From a virus, in the IMG/VR virus record IMGVR_UViG_3300022758_000040: 6,493 nt of DNA; one strand, given 5' to 3'. Position numbers and translations under genes: made by a program. This document shows, piece by piece, positions 1-4,096 of this stretch; positions within the stretch are counted from its first letter, which is position 1; every line of letters begins with the position of its first letter. Below the pieces are notes generated by a model. That model was not told the DNA's origin, searched no databases, and saw nothing but the letters and a program-made list of their open reading frames with translations.

Positions 1-127
1 GCAGTAAAAGCGTTTTTTCGTCCAATGTCAAAGCCAGAACGGTGAGGATGATTCTGGAGATTGGACATTCCAGTGTAAGAAGCCATAAAAAAAAAGTTAA
101 AATTAAACATTATCAGTCCTGATAACA
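1..127. repeat. Terminal redundancy, copy 1 (identical to 6367-6493); signature of a circular 6366-nt genome
   Basis: Read directly. 1-127 (gcagtaaaagcg...cagtcctgataaca) recurs base for base at 6367-6493, an offset of 6366. On the - strand it carries the 5' end of the capsid gene (1-110) and the last Rep codons plus stop (113-127). Confidence 0.95.
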
Positions 128-1795
128 GAAAATACCAAACGAATCATTAGCCTTCTTGTGTTTGACCTTATCCCTACATTTCATCAATGAAGCGGCAGCC
201 AAACGACGAACAAGAGGCAATTCATGATAAGGCATTTCCTTATCGAGAACAGTTCTATCATAACGGAAAGAATAATTACGAATCTCAAAATCAACCAAAT
301 CTTTATCATTAGAATCTTCCAAAGTTTGATAAAAATCAACAAGACGATTATATTCGTAACGATTCCAAAAATTAACTATTTTATCGGAGAGGACTCGTAA
401 ACACCTCTCTCGGCAGCTGGCATATCCTCCAAGTTCGGAGAGGGGTGTGCCATCTGATACGTATATTCGTAAACATTTCGCAACTCCGAGAAAAAAGCGG
501 TATAATCGGGATGTGCGACAAGCAGTGTCCAAATCAACACCATCGTACAAACGAGATTCAGACAAAATGAGAATATCACTATGTGGTAGATTTTCTTTAG
601 GAGAAAGAATATTTCTTTCGTCATTTCGTTTTCCATAATTGTCTACATAATTTAAATACTGTTTACAAAAAGACAAAATACTTTGCTTGGAGAATTCATT
701 AAACGGATCACATCCTATATCAGCGCATCCGCTACGAACGACTCGTTCGGGTGCTGTGAACGCAGCAGAAAGTAACTGGTAAATACTCGATGGAGATTTA
801 CGAATAGCGTCCGAAAATCGGGGGAATAGTCGAAGGAGATACGGCCATGTAGGTTTAATTGTTCGAAAATAGCCATTGCGCTCAACGCGGACTCCATTAA
901 GGCACTTATCGGTAACTTCATCAATTTCGGTAATTTGTACCTTTCGAGGAAAGAGATTTGACTCTGTAAATCCAATGGAATGAAAGGATTTAGGTCGCAC
1001 CACTTTTGGCATCTGAATATAAAAGTCGGGTAAAGCGACAAAACTATTAACATACGACGCAACATAAGGAGCTGCGAATCCTCTCGAGAGTGACGCATCA
1101 CAACGTCCGTAAGACCATGCCTTAGATACATTTTTAAGAACAGTTTCCGAGAATCGTTCGGAATTGGAAAACAGTAACAAATGCCAATGCGGGCGGAAAG
1201 TTGTTGGTCCGTATTCTGATACAGCGTAGTAACGTAATTTTTCATCTGGATAATAACTGCGTAAACGTTTTAAGAATAAATCGAGATCGCGATTACAAAC
1301 ATAAGGTATTCTATTTGGAATAGGATACTTAACCTTGTTGAGAATAGTAAACAAATCCTTTGGATACATAGGGTAGGAGAAACAAACCTCTGGATCTCTA
1401 AAAGTTCGTTCAACCGTAGAATTTTTCAAACGAAGAGAAGCGGTACGAGGAACGCTGCGAAAACCAAACAAATAACGATTAGAGTCACGAGCGTCCAAAT
1501 CATTAATATCGGGAATGCAGGATACATCCGCAATATCGTCTGTGCAATTTTCGACAATCTCAACCTGCAATGTAGGCAAAAAACAGTTAGCATAAGTAAG
1601 AGTAACAAAATAAACAAAACGGAATTGCGAAGAATAAGAAGTAAGCAAGTTGGTCTGAATGCCCGAACGACGAAGAATACAAGAGGGACATTGACCACAA
1701 GAAACCAAAACGGATTCATGAGTATACTTATTGACAACAGTACGGGGATTCTGACAACGAGTCACTAACTTATTCTGCAATTCCTGAGTAATCAT
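113..1795 (-). CDS. VP4: Rolling-circle replication initiator protein (microvirus VP4 / phiX174 A-like HUH endonuclease), 560 aa
   Basis: The three RCR motifs are readable in the translation: motif I FVTLTY (aa 63-68, nt 1592-1609), motif II HUH as HWHLLLF (aa 203-209, nt 1169-1189; cattggcat checked on the sequence), and motif III YVASYV (aa 244-249, nt 1049-1066). There is an N-terminal Cys cluster, CGQCPSC. The ATG at 1795-1793 overlaps the upstream stop as ATGA (1792-1795). The TGA stop at 113-115 lies 2 nt before the first capsid ATG on the circle. The C-terminal half (about aa 330-560) has no motif I recognise. Confidence 0.93.
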   Translation of the reverse strand: MITQELQNKLVTRCQNPRTVVNKYTHESVLVSCGQCPSCILRRSGIQTNLLTSYSSQFRFVYFVTLTYANCFLPTLQVEIVENCTDDIADVSCIPDINDLDARDSNRYLFGFRSVPRTASLRLKNSTVERTFRDPEVCFSYPMYPKDLFTILNKVKYPIPNRIPYVCNRDLDLFLKRLRSYYPDEKLRYYAVSEYGPTTFRPHWHLLLFSNSERFSETVLKNVSKAWSYGRCDASLSRGFAAPYVASYVNSFVALPDFYIQMPKVVRPKSFHSIGFTESNLFPRKVQITEIDEVTDKCLNGVRVERNGYFRTIKPTWPYLLRLFPRFSDAIRKSPSSIYQLLSAAFTAPERVVRSGCADIGCDPFNEFSKQSILSFCKQYLNYVDNYGKRNDERNILSPKENLPHSDILILSESRLYDGVDLDTACRTSRLYRFFLGVAKCLRIYVSDGTPLSELGGYASCRERCLRVLSDKIVNFWNRYEYNRLVDFYQTLEDSNDKDLVDFEIRNYSFRYDRTVLDKEMPYHELPLVRRLAAASLMKCRDKVKHKKANDSFGIFCYQD

Positions 1796-2103
1796 TTTTT
1801 TCTATCGGTAAAATTTAACTCCATAAGACGAGGCTTACGGGAACGAACAAAAGAAATATGAACAAAAGTTCGATACTTTATAAGTTGATCGAACGCAAAA
1901 TTCGAATTTTTAATCTTCTGGATGAATTCATCCACAGAACAATGGAGAGGAGCCAAATCAACAGCGTCTCCAGTCAAATGCTGAGAGGTTTTAGAACCTC
2001 CACATGCTTCATTCTCAGACTCAGTGCGAAAAGCAGAAGTAACAGAGAACTTAATATTCTGTCGAAGAAGCCATTCGATAAACTTCATTAAATTAGGATT
2101 CAT
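1792..2103 (-). CDS. Zinc D,D- or L,D-peptidase of the Peptidase_M15 (M15A / VanY-like, phage endolysin-type) fold, 103 aa; probable muralytic or lysis enzyme
   Basis: The translation contains VTSAFRTESENEACGGSKTSQHLTGDAVDL ... TFVHISF. This matches the M15 pattern S-x-x-R ... GG ... S-x-H-x6-D ... H (zinc ligands His, Asp, His). ATG at 2103-2101. The stop is coupled to the Rep start by ATGA. No signal peptide or TM segment in the N-terminus. Confidence 0.85.
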   Translation of the reverse strand: MNPNLMKFIEWLLRQNIKFSVTSAFRTESENEACGGSKTSQHLTGDAVDLAPLHCSVDEFIQKIKNSNFAFDQLIKYRTFVHISFVRSRKPRLMELNFTDRKK

Positions 2104-2106
2104 GAT

Positions 2107-2307
2107 CTACGAAAATATCTGAGCAATAGACGTAAGAAGACTAACAGCAGCTGCAATAATGGCAGACCAAATCTTAGATTTAGTTTCACTTTTCATCAGA
2201 AATAGGTTTAAAGGTTGAACACTCAGAGATGATAATAACACAATCGGGACTAAGAATAGAAGAAACGAATTCAGAAACTCCATCAACTGGCACAAGAATA
2301 GTTTCAT
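2107..2307 (-). CDS. Small membrane protein, holin-like candidate. The 66-aa model is from the ORF track; my preferred model is only the last 29 codons (2107-2196, MKSETKSKIWSAIIAAAVSLLTSIAQIFS)
   Basis: It ends 3 nt upstream of the M15 peptidase start. The C-terminal 29 aa form a Lys-rich head plus one 20-aa hydrophobic helix. Third-position T, a hallmark of this genome (20/40 in the first 40 VP2 codons), is 17/29 in the last 29 codons but only 10/37 in the first 37. The first 37 codons overlap a better-looking ORF in another frame (2186-2359). Internal ATG at 2196-2194. Confidence 0.4.
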   Translation of the reverse strand: MKLFLCQLMEFLNSFLLFLVPIVLLSSLSVQPLNLFLMKSETKSKIWSAIIAAAVSLLTSIAQIFS

Positions 2308-2359
2308 TCTGATTAGGATTAACCTTTGATTGAACGGAACACAAATAATACTTTTCCAT
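2186..2359 (-). CDS. Hypothetical protein, 57 aa (MEKYYLCSVQSKVNPNQNETILVPVDGVSEFVSSILSPDCVIIISECSTFKPISDEK); not in the supplied ORF track
   Basis: Translated by hand from the reverse complement: ATG at 2359-2357, TGA at 2188-2186. Third-position T is 33/57, matching the phage's genes. It is the first ORF downstream of the promoter-like motif. It overlaps the 29-codon membrane-peptide ORF by 11 nt. No recognisable family. Confidence 0.5.
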   Translation of the reverse strand: MEKYYLCSVQSKVNPNQNETILVPVDGVSEFVSSILSPDCVIIISECSTFKPISDEK

Positions 2360-2405
2360 AACTTTAATGATTAGTGATTAATTATACATTGATTTTAAAA
2401 CAGTA

Positions 2406-2438
2406 CAAAGATATATGATTATTATTTAAAAGACCAAA
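2406..2438 (-). promoter_or_regulatory. Candidate Bacteroidota-type promoter (-33 TTTG / -7 TAnnTTTG) driving the - strand gene train
   Basis: On the - strand, TTTG (2438-2435) is followed by a 21-nt spacer and then TATCTTTG (2413-2406). This fits the Bacteroides consensus TTTG...TAnnTTTG at its usual 19-21 nt spacing. It sits 46 nt upstream of the ATG at 2359 in a 20% G+C region (12/60 in 2401-2460). None of the - strand genes has a Shine-Dalgarno sequence, consistent with a Bacteroidota host. Confidence 0.35.
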
Positions 2439-2496
2439 TACACACATATATTATTAACATAAATAAACAAATAAATATATGAGTGAAATTTGGTCT
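2431..2496. repeat. 9-bp inverted repeat (agaccaaat 2431-2439 / atttggtct 2488-2496) flanking a 48-nt AT-rich spacer
   Basis: Perfect complementarity checked base by base. The spacer (2440-2487) contains the tandem aaataaac/aaataaat (2461-2476). The left arm overlaps the candidate -33 element. Confidence 0.6.
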
Positions 2497-2497
2497 G

Positions 2498-2890
2498 TGA
2501 GTTTGCGTATATAAGACAAGAAAGGTATGAAAGCGATGAGGTAAATCGCTTTCCCTTCGGGCAAACTCATGTAGGCTTCGCCAATGTCCAGAGACTTTAA
2601 AGTATTCTGATTATTTTGCTCGCGGTGCTCGCGCGTTCTTCACTGCGTTCATCACTTAGGCGATCCTTCTTCCTTCGGACTTGGATCGCTTAAGTAAACT
2701 GGCCAACTGGGGTCGCAAGCGACAAGGTGTTTAGGGGAGCAGTTACCTTTAAAAGGAGAGGGAAGAAAGCTGCTATTCCGTTCGTTAAGGAAGGGAAGAT
2801 GAACCCTATGCTTCGCATCACATTTCAGTCATACTTCCCGAAATGTGGAAGGTGTATAACCACGCTACGCGCGGTTGCCAGAAGTTACTC
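2498..2890. other. G+C-rich, hairpin-dense non-coding island: candidate ssDNA replication signal or structured RNA, function unknown
   Basis: There is no - strand ORF. G+C is 28/60 (2641-2700) and 34/60 (2861-2920), against 19/60 in coding 3001-3060. Verified helices: 2498-2506/2561-2569 (9 bp); 2529-2537/2545-2553 (9 bp); 2655-2666/2683-2694 (12 bp, one G-T); 2738-2744/2768-2774 (7 bp, one T-G); 2793-2802/2829-2839 (10 bp, one bulge); 2858-2861/2873-2876 plus 2863-2865/2869-2871. Five 3-nt-loop mini-hairpins are also present. Confidence 0.6.
2617..2656. repeat. Two adjacent tandem direct repeats: tgctcgcg x2 (period 9) and gcgttcNtcact x2 (period 12)
   Basis: tgctcgcg occurs at 2617-2624 and 2626-2633. 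gcgttcttcact (2633-2644) is followed by gcgttcatcact (2645-2656), 11/12 identical. Indexed base by base. Confidence 0.8.
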
Positions 2891-2891
2891 C

Positions 2892-2929
2892 AAACAGCAA
2901 AACCCGGCGCGTATCGAGTACGGCCGGGC
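2892..2929 (-). terminator. Rho-independent terminator downstream of VP2
   Basis: The - strand reads GCCCGGCCGTA-CTCGA-TACGCGCCGGG-TTTTGCTGTTTGG. The stem is 10 bp, G+C-rich, with one bulged C (plus-strand pairs 2903-2908/2923-2928 and 2910-2913/2919-2922), followed by a T tract (2902-2899). It begins 19 nt after the VP2 stop. On the + strand the same hairpin is followed by caaatgttaaag, with no T tract, so the signal is specific to the - strand. Confidence 0.6.
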
Positions 2930-2947
2930 AAATGTTAAAGAAAAATA

Positions 2948-4096
2948 CTAACGGCGAGAACTATAATTGTAATTATAGTTAGTGTTAGAATTTTGATTAA
3001 TAGAATGAGAAAAGGTTTTAGACATAATTCTACGAGGCAAGAAATTGCCTATAGTATTACCAATACTAGTACCATATTGAACCCATTTATCAGCATCAAA
3101 ATACCGATATGTTTTCTTTTCATTTCTAGAACGATACCATTGCTCAATATTCTGACTGCGAGCATTGTCTTGAGGAAGATTAAGCCGAAGTTCTTCATTA
3201 TGAAAGGCAGCAGAAGACTCATTAGCAGCAATATTAGCAGCAATTTGAGACTCAGCAATACGATCAGCAATCTCGTTAGAAATATTCTGACCACGCGTAC
3301 GAGCAGCTGCCAAAGCTTCCTCAGCTAGAGCTTTTTTAGCCTCAGCATAAGAAAGATAGCCAGAAGCCATACGTTGGTAGTAATCCGCAGCCTTAACATT
3401 CAAATCAAGCTGTTGTTGTTGGTCAAGATACTTATTCATAATACCTTTAGCCTCATTGTCAAGAAGCATACCAGCATGCTGTGCACGCATAATAACACCT
3501 GTCATCGTCATATTATCGACTTCCTGCTGTTCCTTAGCATAACCAAGCTGAGCACGAGCCAATCCAGTAGACTTCAAATAATCACGAGTCTCATCAGTAA
3601 GTTTGCCCCAATCAATATTAGAAAGGGTTTCCATAGCTTTAGCATCAGAAAGCTGTCTAGCGCCTTGCAATTGAGATTTTTCAGATTGCATAAGCTCATA
3701 TTGGAAAATATTACCAATAGAAGAACCAATACCAGAGTAATCAGCCTGAAAAGGTTGCATCTGGGCATTACCAGAAGAAGTAGCGGTAGCACCAGCACCA
3801 ACAGAACCAGCGGTACCAGAAGAACCACCATTCATCATCAGATAGGGGTTTAAACCAGCCTCTTCGAGACGTTGGCGTTGGGCAGAAGCAGTGTTATAAG
3901 TGTTTTCCTTATTCCACATATCTTCCTGCCAGTTACGCTGCTGTATCGCCATACGCTCGTTGAACTGGTTATTCATCTGATTTATCTTATAATTCATCTT
4001 GTTAGTCTCTTGGACATTCTGCCTATTCTGTCCATTCTGCAAAGAAGAAGCACCAGCGCCAAAGAGACCACCGACAATAGAACCAAAGAGACCCAT
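2948..4096 (-). CDS. VP2: Minor capsid / DNA pilot protein (microvirus VP2, phiX174 H-like), 382 aa
   Basis: Gly-rich hydrophobic N-terminus (MGLFGSIVGGLFGAGAS), long Q/N/A-rich helical segments, and the RLEEAGLNPYLMM motif that I associate with microvirus VP2. The position after VP1 fits. The ATG at 4096-4094 overlaps the upstream stop as TAATG (4098-4094). The C-terminus is low complexity (NSNTNYNYNYSSRR). Confidence 0.85.
   Translation of the reverse strand: MGLFGSIVGGLFGAGASSLQNGQNRQNVQETNKMNYKINQMNNQFNERMAIQQRNWQEDMWNKENTYNTASAQRQRLEEAGLNPYLMMNGGSSGTAGSVGAGATATSSGNAQMQPFQADYSGIGSSIGNIFQYELMQSEKSQLQGARQLSDAKAMETLSNIDWGKLTDETRDYLKSTGLARAQLGYAKEQQEVDNMTMTGVIMRAQHAGMLLDNEAKGIMNKYLDQQQQLDLNVKAADYYQRMASGYLSYAEAKKALAEEALAAARTRGQNISNEIADRIAESQIAANIAANESSAAFHNEELRLNLPQDNARSQNIEQWYRSRNEKKTYRYFDADKWVQYGTSIGNTIGNFLPRRIMSKTFSHSINQNSNTNYNYNYSSRR

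Noticed and set aside
1426-1737. Very hydrophobic, Leu/Phe/Val-rich - strand ORFs nested out of frame inside real genes, superficially like an embedded phiX174 E-type lysis gene. Examples: 1426-1737, 715-1245, 376-636, 3049-3294, 3574-3831, 4167-4370, 4736-4927, 5159-5524 and 5726-5968.
   Set aside because: They occur inside every large gene. This is the expected artefact of the strong NNT codon bias, because shifting the frame puts T at codon position 2 and yields F/L/I/V runs. None has its own start context or distinguishing features. Conservation analysis would be needed to rescue any of them.
2375-2400. A TGTATA/TATACA core (2383-2388) with AT-rich arms, considered as a dif-like XerC/XerD site for prophage integration as reported for some microviruses. 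A second partial XerD-arm-like ATTAACATAA lies at 2453-2462.
   Set aside because: Only one arm gives about 8/11 matches to the E. coli dif arm, and only with a wrong-length spacer. The other arm does not match. I do not remember the Bacteroidota dif consensus well enough to judge. Comparison with host dif sites would be needed.
2448-2459. ATATTATTAACA resembles the AT-rich core of the phiX174 origin (ATATTAATAACA, from memory), with AGACCA nearby.
   Set aside because: The match is on the + strand, antisense to the genes and to the packaged strand. The elements are not collinear with the phiX174 origin. The sequence is low-complexity AT-rich, where an 11/12 match is easy to get by chance.
2591-2600. 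A perfect 10-nt palindrome, actttaaagt (containing TTTAAA), and the palindrome tggcca at 2701-2706.
   Set aside because: These are too short and loopless to be structural. They are common by chance and are possibly just restriction-site-like palindromes.
2655-2694. On the - strand the hairpin reads GUCC-GAA-GGAAGAAGG, reminiscent of the SRP (4.5S) RNA domain IV sequence GUCCGGAAGGAAGCAGC.
   Set aside because: It has a triloop rather than the GGAA tetraloop. The internal-loop sequences differ, and the rest of an SRP RNA is absent. The resemblance is most likely coincidental and due to purine-rich content.
2498-2930. I searched the island on both strands for tRNA or tmRNA features (T-arm GTTCGAATC, acceptor plus CCA), RNase P P4-like GAGGAAAGUCC, the hammerhead core CUGAUGA...GAAA, and group II domain V-like hairpins.
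   Set aside because: No convincing match. The closest were GUGAUGA...GUGAA (2640-2656, - strand), which has the wrong first core base, and GTTCGTTAAGG (2780-2790), which lacks a cloverleaf context.
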